A stretch of 64,000 nt of DNA from positions 864,001 to 928,000 of the forward strand of contig CAVXXK010000001.1 in NCBI GenBank assembly GCA_963765675.1, read 5' to 3'. Below are positions 30,469-40,183 of the stretch, in pieces. Below the pieces are notes generated by a model. It was not told where the DNA came from. It saw only the letters and a program-made list of their open reading frames with translations, and did no database searches. The position numbers were made by a program, and so were the translations under genes. The stretch comes from an uncultured delta proteobacterium (GTDB lineage Bacteria; Desulfobacterota; Binatia; Binatales; Binataceae). Position 1 is the stretch's first letter; the number at the start of each line of letters is the position of its first letter.

Positions 30469-31782
30469 ATGCGAAAGCTTTGGAGAACGTCGTCATTGCG
30501 AGTGACGGTCGTCGCGGCTCTGTCGCTGTTCGCGTTCGGTGCCATGGGCATCACCGTTCACGCACAGGTCAAGCCTGGCGACTTCATCACGCCGGAAAGC
30601 TCGGCCAAGGTTAGGGACCTCGTTTCGCCGGGCGTCTACTATAAGGTCCAGCACGGGATGGAGATGAAGATCGTCCCGACCGAGCGGGTCGATTGGCCGC
30701 CGCCCTACAAGGACGCGACCGAAAAGTACTCGTCCCAGGTCCGGCTCACACAAGACCATCGCAGCCTGGTCGGTTTTGTCGCGGGCCAGCCCTTCCCGCT
30801 GATTGATTCAAACGATCCCGACGTCGCGGTCAAGGTTATCTGGAACAACGTGTTCCGCCCCATCACCAGCGACGATTACGATCTCCGCTTCTATGATTGC
30901 GACTCCAGTTACCAACGCCTGGGTCCGCAGCAGATGCAAATCGAGTATTTCCAGATCGGCCATTACGCCGGCTACGACCTGGTCGGCCGCACCGAAGTCG
31001 AGCCGCTGCCAATCGATCCGGACTTCAAGTCCACCGGTCGCTACTGGCTGTTCGGGCTCTATCCGCTCCTGGCGCCCGACGATATCCGCGGCACCGGCTT
31101 TATCCGCTGGCGTTACGCAGAACCAGGCCGCGGCGACGATATCTGGTCGCTCGACGCCGGCTCGCGGCGCGTACGCCGGGTCAATGAATCGATCATGAGC
31201 AGCTCGACCACCAGCGGTACTTCTGCCCACACTTGGGACCCCGATCACTACTCCGGCTTCAATCCCAAAACCGAAGAGTACGATTATAAGTACTTGGGCG
31301 AGAAAAACATGCTTGGATGCGCGCACGCCGCGCACTCGCCTGAAGTCCGTTGCCTCACCGACGGCGGCACCAGCGCCTGCCCCGAGAACTGGGAGATGCG
31401 CCATCTTTACGTCATTCAGGCCCTTCCGCGACGCAGCAAGATCAACGCACTCGATTCCAAGACGATCATCTATCTCGACAGCGAAATGTGGTTCGAGCCC
31501 TACATCGATACCTACGATCGAAGGGGTCAGTTGTTCCGCAGCCACATCTATTGGGTCGCGACGCGCGATCGTCCGGTCCCCGACGCCAAGGTCGCGATCT
31601 ATCCATTCAAGCGCTCGTTTGTCGTGGGCGCGGTGTCGACCGATGTGCAATCCGGACTGGCAACGATGTGTTATCTGCCGGGAATTGAAACGCCAGAGCG
31701 CGAATGCTGGTACATCAACATGGGCGCGGTGGACAAGACCTTTTTCACCACTGACGCGATGGTGCGCGCCGCGGCGTTCTGA
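30469..31782 (+). CDS. DUF1329-family secreted (LolA-like) protein, paralogue 1
   Basis: Signal peptide ending AQ; PPPYKDATEKYS, AGQPFP.ID.NDP, RRVRR, YLGEKNML; GGAGG RBS (true start 30469, not 30247). Confidence 0.8.
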   Translation: MRKLWRTSSLRVTVVAALSLFAFGAMGITVHAQVKPGDFITPESSAKVRDLVSPGVYYKVQHGMEMKIVPTERVDWPPPYKDATEKYSSQVRLTQDHRSLVGFVAGQPFPLIDSNDPDVAVKVIWNNVFRPITSDDYDLRFYDCDSSYQRLGPQQMQIEYFQIGHYAGYDLVGRTEVEPLPIDPDFKSTGRYWLFGLYPLLAPDDIRGTGFIRWRYAEPGRGDDIWSLDAGSRRVRRVNESIMSSSTTSGTSAHTWDPDHYSGFNPKTEEYDYKYLGEKNMLGCAHAAHSPEVRCLTDGGTSACPENWEMRHLYVIQALPRRSKINALDSKTIIYLDSEMWFEPYIDTYDRRGQLFRSHIYWVATRDRPVPDAKVAIYPFKRSFVVGAVSTDVQSGLATMCYLPGIETPERECWYINMGAVDKTFFTTDAMVRAAAF

Positions 31783-31835
31783 ACGCGCATAGGTTTTGCG
31801 AATCCGCTGCCGGTACGCCGGTAAGCAGAACAGAA

Positions 31836-31863
31836 GCGGGCCCTTCCATCTGGAAGGGCCTGC
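31836..31863 (+). terminator. Hairpin downstream of paralogue 1
   Basis: GCGGGCCCTTCCATCTGGAAGGGCCTGC; no U-tract. Confidence 0.5.
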
Positions 31864-31898
31864 GAGCCACGAACAGCGTCGGGAACCGGTTCCTGCTA

Positions 31899-31987
31899 CC
31901 GACACTGTGTCGGGAACGCTGCTTCATCTAGATATGCGGCCGGCTAATGCTGGACCAGCCCTGACCTGACTACCGACACCGTGTCGG
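31899..31987. promoter_or_regulatory. Two CCGACA-N3-TGTCGG palindromes, putative operators
   Basis: CCGACACTGTGTCGG at 31899-31913 and CCGACACCGTGTCGG at 31973-31987, both in a TA...GAA context. Confidence 0.6.
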
Positions 31988-32132
31988 GAAGCGCGCTCGA
32001 CACGAGCGATCTTTTCGGCTCGATCGCGCAGATCTCCTTGTAAAATCGATAGAATATCGAATTCGACATTAGGCGCTCTTGTATATGAGAACGGTGTTAC
32101 CGAATCTGTCGAATCAGCTCGATTGTGAAAGT

Positions 32133-32219
32133 TTGACAAATCTTCCTAGTTCCCCTAATGATCGCCCTTCGGGGAGTACCGCGGCAATTTCGCCGCCATC
32201 AACCTTTCGGAGGCGGTTC
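32133..32219 (+). promoter_or_regulatory. Conserved promoter and 5' leader of paralogue 2
   Basis: TTGACA-N17-TAATGA, 87 nt before the ATG. Confidence 0.65.
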
Positions 32220-33539
32220 ATGCGAAAGCCCTGGAGAACGTCGTCATGGCGAGTGACGGTCGTCGCGGCTCTGTCGGTGTTCGCGTTTGGTGCCACGGGC
32301 ATCACCGTTCACGCACAAGTAAAGCCTGGCGACTTCATCACTCCTGAAAACTCGTACAAAGTTAAGGATCTGGTCTCACCGGGAGTCATGTACAAGGTCG
32401 AACACGGGATGGAGATGAAGATCACCCCGACTGAGCGGGTGGACTGGCCGCCCCCGTATAAAGACGCGACCGAAAAATATTCCTCGCAGGTCCGCTTGAC
32501 CCAGAATCATAAGAGCCTGGTCGGGTATGTTGCGGGTCAGCCCTTCCCGCTGATCGACCCGAACGACCCCGATGTCGCCGTCAAGATCATCTGGAACAAC
32601 GTGTTCCGCCCCATCACCACCGACGACTACGATCTGCGCTTCTATGACTGCGATTCCTCATACGAAAAGAAAGGCCAGCCGCAGTCCGGCCAGATCGAGT
32701 ACTTCCAGATCGGCCACTACGCCGGCTACGATTTGGTCGGCCGCACCGAAGTCGATCCGATCCCGGCCGATCCCGACTTCAAGACCACCGGACGCTACTG
32801 GCTGTTCGGGCTCTATCCGCTGCTCTCGCCCCAGGAGATTCGCGGCACCGGCTTCATCCGATGGCGCTACGCCAACCCCAACGAGGGTGACGCGATCTGG
32901 AGCCTCGGCGCCGGCTCGCGCCGTATCCGCCGCGTCGACGAGTCGATCATGAGCTCTTCGACCACCGCTGGAGGAACCTCCGCGCACACTTGGGATCCCG
33001 ATCATTATTCGGGCTTCAATCCCAAAACCGAGGAGTACAACTACAAGTTCCTGGGCGAGAAGAACATGCTCGGCACCATCCACGCGATCCACTCGCCTGA
33101 GCAGCGTTGCCCGACCGACGGCGGCACCAGCGCCTGCCCTGAGGCTTGGGAAATGCGCCACCTCTATGTCGTCCAGGCTCTCCCTAATCGGAAAGAAGTC
33201 AACGCGCTCGATTCCAAGACCATCATCTATCTGGACGGCGAAATGTGGTTCGAGCCCTACATCGACACTTACGACCAGAGGGGAAACCTCTTCCGCAGCC
33301 ACATCTACTGGCTGGCGACGCGCGATCGTCCGGTTCCGGATGCGAAAGTCGCAATCTATCCCTTCAAGCGTTCGTTCGTCGTAGGCGCGGTTTCGACCGA
33401 CGTGCAATCCGGCCTCGCGACGATGTGCTATCTGCCGGGCATCGAGACGCCGGAGCGCGAATGCTGGTACATCAACATGGGCGCGGTGGATCGTTCCTTC
33501 TTCACCACCGACGCGATGGTGCGCGCGGCCTCGTTCTAA
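32220..33539 (+). CDS. DUF1329-family secreted protein, paralogue 2
   Basis: Collinear with and highly similar to paralogues 1 and 3. Confidence 0.8.
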   Translation: MRKPWRTSSWRVTVVAALSVFAFGATGITVHAQVKPGDFITPENSYKVKDLVSPGVMYKVEHGMEMKITPTERVDWPPPYKDATEKYSSQVRLTQNHKSLVGYVAGQPFPLIDPNDPDVAVKIIWNNVFRPITTDDYDLRFYDCDSSYEKKGQPQSGQIEYFQIGHYAGYDLVGRTEVDPIPADPDFKTTGRYWLFGLYPLLSPQEIRGTGFIRWRYANPNEGDAIWSLGAGSRRIRRVDESIMSSSTTAGGTSAHTWDPDHYSGFNPKTEEYNYKFLGEKNMLGTIHAIHSPEQRCPTDGGTSACPEAWEMRHLYVVQALPNRKEVNALDSKTIIYLDGEMWFEPYIDTYDQRGNLFRSHIYWLATRDRPVPDAKVAIYPFKRSFVVGAVSTDVQSGLATMCYLPGIETPERECWYINMGAVDRSFFTTDAMVRAASF

Positions 33540-33608
33540 GCGCGCATTAGCTCGTAGCCTCGGCGGCTAATCAAACCACCAGGGCACGAAGAAAAAACCC
33601 GAAGCAGA

Positions 33609-33648
33609 AGCGGGTCCTTCCGAAAGGAAGGACCCGCTCTCTTTTTTT
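33609..33648 (+). terminator. Rho-independent terminator
   Basis: AGCGGGTCCTTCC-GAAA-GGAAGGACCCGCT followed by a T-tract. Confidence 0.75.
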
Positions 33649-33962
33649 CCTGTCGCCTTTGGTGCCTTTCCTGGGGTCTTGGTTTCTTGGCGTTTTGATT
33701 CTTGCTGTTCTGATTTCTCTCCAAATGGTTTGATCTCCGCCGCGCGCAATTTTCATCGCGAATAAGCCGCCCACCTTATGCTCGTCCGGGATCAACCTCG
33801 AAAAATCCGCCGAATCCGAAAAAATATTTTTCCCGCGTGTTCGCCGCCGCGTAATTTCATAAACTTTACTGAATAAGCGCCAAATTCTTTAAGCTGCATT
33901 AGCAATCCTTTCCGACAGTGCGTCGATAACTAAATCCACTGAACGATCGGTATGGTAAAAGT

Positions 33963-34049
33963 TTGACAAGTTTCTCGGACTTCCCTAATGATTGCCGTCC
34001 ATAGCGTGCTGCGGCAATTTCGCCGCGGTCAACTTTTCGGAGGCGGTTC
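33963..34049 (+). promoter_or_regulatory. Conserved promoter and 5' leader of paralogue 3
   Basis: TTGACA-N17-TAATGA, 87 nt before the ATG. Confidence 0.65.
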
Positions 34050-35369
34050 ATGCGAAAGCTCTGGAGAACGTCGTCATTGCGAGTGACGATCGTCGCGGCT
34101 CTGTCGCTGTTCGCGTTCGGCGCCATCGGCGGTGCCGCTCACGCGCAGGTAAAACCGGGCGATTTCATCACTCCTGAAAACTCCTACAAGGTTAAGGATC
34201 TGGTCGCGCCAGGAGTCATGTACAAGGTCGAGCACGGGATGACGATGAAGATCGTCCCGACCGAGCGGGTGGATTGGCCGCCCCCGTATAAAGACGCGAC
34301 CGAAAAATATTCCTCGCAGGTCCGCCTGACCCAGGATCGCAAGAGCCTGATCGGCTATGTCGCCGGCCAGCCGTTTCCGCTGATCGATCCGAACGATCCC
34401 GACGTCGCGGTCAAAATCATCTGGAACAACGTGTTCCGCCCCATCACCACCGACGACTACGATCTGCGCTTCTATGACTGCGACTCTTCTTACGAAAAGA
34501 AGGGCCAGCCGCAGTCCGGCCAGATCGAGTACTTCCAGATCGGCCACTACGCCGGCTACGACCTGGTCGGCCGCACCGAGGTCGAGCCGCTGCCGACCGA
34601 TCCCGACTTCAAGGCCACCGGACGCTACTGGCTGTTCGCGCTCTATCCACTGCTTTCGCCCCAGGAGCTCCGCGGCACCGGCTTTATCCGATGGCGCTAC
34701 GCCGCTCCGCAGGAGGGTGACGCTATCTGGAGCCTCACGGCAGGTTCGCGCCGTATCCGCCGCGTCGACGAATCCATCATGAGCTCATCGACAACTTCCG
34801 GCGGAACCTCCGCCCACGCCTGGGATCCCGATCATTATTCGGGCTTCAATCCCAAAACCGAGGAGTACAACTACAAGTTCCTGGGCGAGAAGAACATGCT
34901 CGGCACGATCCACGCGATCCATTCTCCCGAGCAGCGCTGCCCGACCGACGGCGGCACCAGCGCCTGCCCTGAGGCTTGGGAAATGCGCCACCTCTATGTC
35001 GTCCAGGCTTTCCCTAATCGGAAAGAAGTCAACGCGCTCGATTCCAAGACCGTCATCTATCTGGACGGCGAAATGTGGTTCGAACCCTACATCGACACCT
35101 ACGACCAGAGCGGACACCTCTTCCGCAACCACATCTACTGGTTGGCGACGCGCGATCGTCCGGTTCCCGACGCCAGAGTCGCGATCTATCCGTTCAAGCG
35201 TTCGTTCGTCGTAGGTGCGGTCTCGACCGACGTGCAATCCGGCCTCGCCACGATGTGCTATCTGCCGGGCATCGAGACGCCGGAGCGCGAATGCTGGTAC
35301 ATCAACATGGGCGCGGTGGATCGTTCCTTCTTCACCACCGACGCGATGTTCCGCGCAGCCTCGTTCTAG
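34050..35369 (+). CDS. DUF1329-family secreted protein, paralogue 3
   Basis: Collinear with and highly similar to paralogues 1 and 2. Confidence 0.8.
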   Translation: MRKLWRTSSLRVTIVAALSLFAFGAIGGAAHAQVKPGDFITPENSYKVKDLVAPGVMYKVEHGMTMKIVPTERVDWPPPYKDATEKYSSQVRLTQDRKSLIGYVAGQPFPLIDPNDPDVAVKIIWNNVFRPITTDDYDLRFYDCDSSYEKKGQPQSGQIEYFQIGHYAGYDLVGRTEVEPLPTDPDFKATGRYWLFALYPLLSPQELRGTGFIRWRYAAPQEGDAIWSLTAGSRRIRRVDESIMSSSTTSGGTSAHAWDPDHYSGFNPKTEEYNYKFLGEKNMLGTIHAIHSPEQRCPTDGGTSACPEAWEMRHLYVVQAFPNRKEVNALDSKTVIYLDGEMWFEPYIDTYDQSGHLFRNHIYWLATRDRPVPDARVAIYPFKRSFVVGAVSTDVQSGLATMCYLPGIETPERECWYINMGAVDRSFFTTDAMFRAASF

Positions 35370-35421
35370 GCGCCGATGAATCTCTGAACCAGCTGCCGTA
35401 AATCCGGCAAGCAAAAACACA

Positions 35422-35459
35422 AGCGGGCTCTTCCACCAGGAAGGGCCCGCTCTTTTTTT
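35422..35459 (+). terminator. Rho-independent terminator
   Basis: AGCGGGCTCTTCC-ACCA-GGAAGGGCCCGCT followed by a T-tract. Confidence 0.7.
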
Positions 35460-35729
35460 CCCGTCGGCCTCCGTGTCTTTCTCCGCGACTGCTGGCTGCC
35501 GCACACCGCGGCGATTGAAAAGCGTCGTTGCGGGTGTAGTTGATTCTCAGTCAATCGACCTGATCCCCTACGCGCTCTGGCGAGATACTTCCCCAGGGTC
35601 CGATCAAAGCGAACACATAGATCTGCTGCGTAGGTTAATCAAAAGTCTCTTGAATTAATTCATCACCGAAAGCATTGTGACGATAGCAGAGTGATTCGCA
35701 GCCGCGCAGCAAAATTACCGAGCGATGTC

Positions 35730-36401
35730 ATGCCCAGTCGGCAATCTGCATTGCAAAAGTATCGATCAAAACGCGTCCGGGCGGTTTTTGATCGACGAAG
35801 AACCGATGGTCCAGTTTGGCAGAGAAGGTTCGAGGAATTCCTCCAGTTGAGTGAACGATGCATCGCCAGCCTTCGACTCACGACTGGCGACACGGTCTTG
35901 GACGTGGGATGCGGAGGTGGCCGGAATTTCGCCGAGCTCGAAAACAGAGTCGGTGCCAACGGAAGAATCATCGGTATCGAGCAGAGTCCAGAGCAACTGG
36001 CCGCGGCACGAGAGCTGGTAGAGCGCAGCCGATGGAGCAACGTTGTGCTGATCAACACGCCAATCGAGGACGCTGAGATACCTTTTGTCGCGGACGCCGC
36101 GCTCTTTTCCTTCACTCACGATATAATGCGTACTCCGTCGGCGTTGCGGAACGTGATCAAACACTTGAAGCCTGGTGGACGCATCGCCGCGATCGGCGTG
36201 AAATGGGCTCCGTGGTGGCATCTCATCACCAATTGGAGAACTTGGCGGGGTTCCAAAGACTTCGTGACCACGTTCGAGGGTTTCAACAAGCCCTGGAGCC
36301 ATTTGGAGAACCTGGTCTCGTCACTGGAAGTCGAATGCACGACTGCCCCGACGCCCGTGATTGGGAGAGCGGGTCTCTACATGGCGGCCGCGGAAAAGTG
36401 A
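35730..36401 (+). CDS. Class I SAM-dependent methyltransferase
   Basis: VLDVGCGGG, GRIIGIEQS, LKPGGR; start uncertain. Confidence 0.8.
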   Translation: MPSRQSALQKYRSKRVRAVFDRRRTDGPVWQRRFEEFLQLSERCIASLRLTTGDTVLDVGCGGGRNFAELENRVGANGRIIGIEQSPEQLAAARELVERSRWSNVVLINTPIEDAEIPFVADAALFSFTHDIMRTPSALRNVIKHLKPGGRIAAIGVKWAPWWHLITNWRTWRGSKDFVTTFEGFNKPWSHLENLVSSLEVECTTAPTPVIGRAGLYMAAAEK

Positions 36402-36580
36402 AACGAGGACACACCGAACGACTTTAATGTCCAATATTTCTCCCTAGCCCTGCTGCGGCCTATGTGACGAGACGATGCTTCATAATGGACCGGAGCGCTT
36501 CGATCTGATGGCGCACCTGAACGCGAAAGTTCGCAAGCTCTGCAAAGATTCTCCGTGGCGTCCTTGTTAGGTTGCCCGGT

Positions 36581-37441
36581 GTGAAACCGGTCACGGAGAC
36601 CGACTACCGCGCCCGTATCGAACGCGTGATCAGGGCACTCTCGGATGAGCCCGAGGCGCCGCACACCCTCGACCAACTCGCGCGTATCGCGCACTTCTCC
36701 CCCTTCCACTTCCATCGCATCTATCGCGCGATCGTGGGGGAGAGCGTGATCGAGACCGCGCGCCGGCTTCGTCTGGCGCGTGCTGCGCTGCTTCTCGCGA
36801 CGACTGATTCACCGGTGACAGAAGTCGCGATGAACTCCGGGTATGAAAGTGTGCAGACGTTCTCGCGCGCGTTCCGAAACCTCACCAACGTTTCACCCAG
36901 GGAGTTTCGAGATCGCGGGATGCAGTTGGCGCAGCTGGTGGTCGGTCCGCGACCAAGCAAACGCGGAGGAAGCATTATGCAAGTCGAGATTGTCGAGCGC
37001 AGCCCGATCAAAGCCTGGACGATGCGCCTTCAAGGGGCGATGACGCCGGAGAACTTCAAGGATGCCTACACGCGCCTGTGGCAATGGCAGATCGATCACG
37101 GAATCGCAGGCCGCACCAGGGAAGCGATCGGCATCTTCTACGGTGACAGCGAGGGCGGCGATAACGCGTTTCGCTACTACGCCGGAGTCATCTGGGATGA
37201 GCCGCTCAAGGCGGACGGCGGAATCGAAGTGCTGGAAGTGCCCGGCGGCAAGTACGCCTCGTATCGATTGGTCGGGTCCTATCACGGAATTCCCGCGGCG
37301 TTCCAGCGCCTGTACGGCGAGTGGCTGCCGAAGAGCGGATTCGTTCCTGACGATCGGCCGGCGCTGGAGATCTATCGCAACAATCCTTTCGATACGCCGG
37401 CCAACGAATTGATCACCGATCTGTTAATTCCGCTTCGATAG
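36581..37441 (+). CDS. AraC-family regulator with a C-terminal GyrI-like domain
   Basis: SPFHFHRIYR...GES, GYESVQTFSRAF; PGGKYA...WLPKSG...EIYRNNP. Confidence 0.9.
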   Translation: MKPVTETDYRARIERVIRALSDEPEAPHTLDQLARIAHFSPFHFHRIYRAIVGESVIETARRLRLARAALLLATTDSPVTEVAMNSGYESVQTFSRAFRNLTNVSPREFRDRGMQLAQLVVGPRPSKRGGSIMQVEIVERSPIKAWTMRLQGAMTPENFKDAYTRLWQWQIDHGIAGRTREAIGIFYGDSEGGDNAFRYYAGVIWDEPLKADGGIEVLEVPGGKYASYRLVGSYHGIPAAFQRLYGEWLPKSGFVPDDRPALEIYRNNPFDTPANELITDLLIPLR

Positions 37442-37449
37442 AGAGAGCG

Positions 37450-37755
37450 GCTTGGCGCGTCGCGACGCGCCCGTCTCCGCACGCCGACGATCCCGCGCCT
37501 CGTGCTGATGCTAATCAAACCACCAAGACACCAAGGCAAAATCGAACCACCAAGACACGAAGGCACCAAGAAAGACACGAAGGCAGACAAAGACAAGAGC
37601 GGGTCCTTCCTTCGGGAAGGACCCGCTCCCGCTTGGTGTCTTTCTTTGTGTCTTAGTGTCTTGGTGGTTTGATTTTACCTTTGTCTTTGCCTTTGTGTTT
37701 TGACTGTCGATTTCAATTTTTGTTTTCAAGTGGCACAGGCTTCGGCCTGTGTCTT
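37450..37755. repeat. Intergenic REP mosaic
   Basis: GCGCGTCGCGACGCGC, ACCAAGACACCAAG inverted array with a GAGCGGGTCCTTCC hairpin, GTGGCACAGGC REP at 37730-37751. Confidence 0.8.
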
Positions 37756-37791
37756 CGGATACGCTTACGGCCAAGGATGAACGAAAAGGCG

Positions 37792-38812
37792 ATGCGGTTT
37801 GGAATCTTCGGCGGCGCACAAGCCGGCAGCACGCGACCCGGCGCGGTCATGGGACAGGGCTTTCATGATTTCATCGACTTCAACGTCGAGGCCGAGGCGC
37901 TCGGATATCACAGCACGTTTCTGGTCGAGCACCATTTCACCGGATGGAATCAAGTCTCGGCGCCTCTCACTCTGCTGACATGGCTCGCAGCGCGCACCCG
38001 CACGCTCCGCCTCGGCACTGCCGTGATAGTGCTGCCGTGGCACAATCCTGTCCTTCTCGCCGAGCAGGCCGCAACGCTCGATCTGATGTCAGGAGGCCGC
38101 CTCGATTTCGGAATCGGCAAAGGCTACCGCCACAGCGAGTTCAAGGGCTTCGCCATCGCGCTGGAGGAAGCCGACGCGCGCTTCGAGGAAGCCCTCGAGG
38201 TAATCTTGCACGGGTGGACCTCCGAGCAGCGCTTCTCGCATCGCGGCCGCTTTTGGCACTTCGACGATATCGTGGTCGAGCCCCCGCCCCGCCAGCAACC
38301 GCATCCTCCAATCTGGATGGCGGCCGCCAGCGCGCAATCAATCCGCAAAGTAGCAGCGCGCGGTTTCAATCTGATGCTCGATCAATTCGCCTCGATCGAA
38401 GTAATCGCCGAGCGCTTAGCCCTCTATCGAGCCGAGGTCGAATCGCACGGCCAGATTTTCGATCCAGGTAAGGTGTGCGTAGCCCGCGACATCATACGTA
38501 GCCCGCGATGAAACCGAAACCCGCGCCGCCCACGAGCGCAACGACAAAGAGTACGAGCGCATCCTGTCAGTCGCGCGATGGCCCGATCATCAAGGCGGCT
38601 CGCACGTCCTCGCCTACGCGCATTCAGACGAATCGCGCGCCAACACCCTAATCGGCCCCGCCGCTGAAATCACCGCCAAACTGGAAGCGCTCCGCGACAT
38701 CGGCGTGACGTACGTAATCCTGAATCACAACGGCTCGAGCGAATCGCTCCGCCGCTTCGCCCACGAAATCATGCCGTCGCTATCGCGCATCTCCACGCCC
38801 AACCTGGCATAG
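37792..38812 (+). pseudogene. LLM-class flavin-dependent oxidoreductase, frameshifted by a 1-nt insertion near 38494
   Basis: FLVEHHF, LRLGTAV, LDLMSGGRLDFGIG; removing one A in GAC ATC A TAC GTA restores a frame ending IG...LRRFAHEIMP to TAG at 38812; could be a sequencing error. Confidence 0.75.
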
Positions 38813-38827
38813 CATCCCCTGCTTTAT

Positions 38828-39330
38828 ACCCTCTCCCTCCGGGAGAGGGCGGCGCGGCGCGATGCTTGCGCTTTTTTCGCAAGCATCGTGACGCGCGGGT
38901 GAGGGTGCTGCTGCTCCGCCGAACTTCGCCTCAGAACACAGGCTAAAGCCTGTGCCACTTAAAGCAAATCACAGTCTCTCCCTCTGAAGTGGCACAGGCT
39001 TCAGCCTGTGTCTCCACTCTCTACCACCTCGTTGCCCCGCGAGCTGTGAGCGACTACCGGAAAAACCAACGCCTCGAAGACGGGCGGCCCCCGAGCCGCC
39101 TCTACGAAAACAAATTCAATTCGTAGGGGCGCGTCGCGACGCGCCCGTCTCCGCACGCCGATGATCCCCCACCTCGTGCTGACTCTCCACCTCGCGCGAA
39201 GAAATGCGATGCCCGCGGCGCCGCGAATCTGAAATACCCTCGCCCTCCGGGAGAGGGCGGCGCGGCGCGATGCTTGCGCTTTTTTCGCAAGCATCGTGAA
39301 ACGCGGGTGAGGGTGCTGCTCCGCCGCCCG
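38828..39330. repeat. REP mosaic, left copy of a ~320-bp direct repeat shared with 41908-42250
   Basis: CCCTCTCCC unit, GTGG-REP pair (38937-39010), shared spacer, GTAG-REP pair (39082-39146), second CCCTCGCCC unit. Confidence 0.88.
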
Positions 39331-39370
39331 CCAATCCTGGGCCCTTTTAAGCCCGTCAGCGATCGGTGAT

Positions 39371-39913
39371 CTACTTTCTGACTATTCCTCTCATGTCAGA
39401 GAGGTCACGTAGAAAAATCTCTCGAAGTCCATCCAACGTCAAATGACCCATCGGATAAGGACTACCCGATCGCTGCTCATAGAGTCTGTTCAACGTGCGC
39501 CAAACACTCTCGATCGCCCAAATGACTTCGTTCGCAACGAGATTAGCCTCCCGGTAGACAGCATCTGGATCGAAAACGAAATCCTTGTCTATGTGCACGA
39601 AGGTTTTGTCGCGGATGAATTTGACCTTGTCGGAAAACACCTCTAAACGAAAGATGTCTATATCTTTCTTGACGTTGTCTCGTTCGCACCTGTAGAGGTA
39701 CCAGAACGTCGCGGTATCACCGCTATTCTCGAAGATCCGAACTAAGCGGATTAGTCGGTCTCCCAGAAGCGCACTGAATGAGGTGGCCAAGATGACTCCC
39801 GTTCTGGAGTCCAGCAACGCCTCAAGGGCGGCTTGCACGGACATCAGGTTGTAAGTCTCGGCGAGTAACCGCTTGAGGGTCCTCTCAAAACGGTCACGAT
39901 AGTCGGCGTTCAT
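39371..39913 (-). CDS. HEPN-domain protein, AbiU2-like (putative RNase/defence)
   Basis: Helical protein with RDKTFVH (R-x5-H HEPN motif); lower GC than the core genes. Confidence 0.55.
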   Translation of the reverse strand: MNADYRDRFERTLKRLLAETYNLMSVQAALEALLDSRTGVILATSFSALLGDRLIRLVRIFENSGDTATFWYLYRCERDNVKKDIDIFRLEVFSDKVKFIRDKTFVHIDKDFVFDPDAVYREANLVANEVIWAIESVWRTLNRLYEQRSGSPYPMGHLTLDGLREIFLRDLSDMRGIVRK

Positions 39914-39946
39914 CGTCAGGTTATCCTTTTTCGATCAATATGTTGA

Positions 39947-39988
39947 TTCTTCACCACCGACTCCATGGCGCGCGCAGCTTCTTTCTAA
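39947..39988 (+). pseudogene. Orphan 3'-terminal fragment of a DUF1329 paralogue
   Basis: Translates FFTTDSMARAASF*, versus FFTTDAMVRAASF* in paralogue 2; followed by a decayed copy of the paralogue terminator. Confidence 0.75.
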
Positions 39989-40183
39989 ATTTCCTCTGAG
40001 TCCTCTGCCGACATAGTCGCAGGTGGCGGGCGCCGCCAACCAAGATGGACGCTCTTTTCTTTTTCGTGGTGTTAGGGGCTTTGGTTGCAGAGGGATTTGT
40101 AAAAATGACATCCTCGGGCCCGACCATGCACCATCACTACGATTTCCGGTGCAGAATGCAAAAAACTGCATCCTATCGAATCG

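Noticed and set aside
39001-39334. Short ORFs such as MAQALACV..., MRKKRKHRAAPPSPGGRG... and MDADGPSADA...
   Set aside because: Translations of REP repeats that recur wherever the repeats occur.
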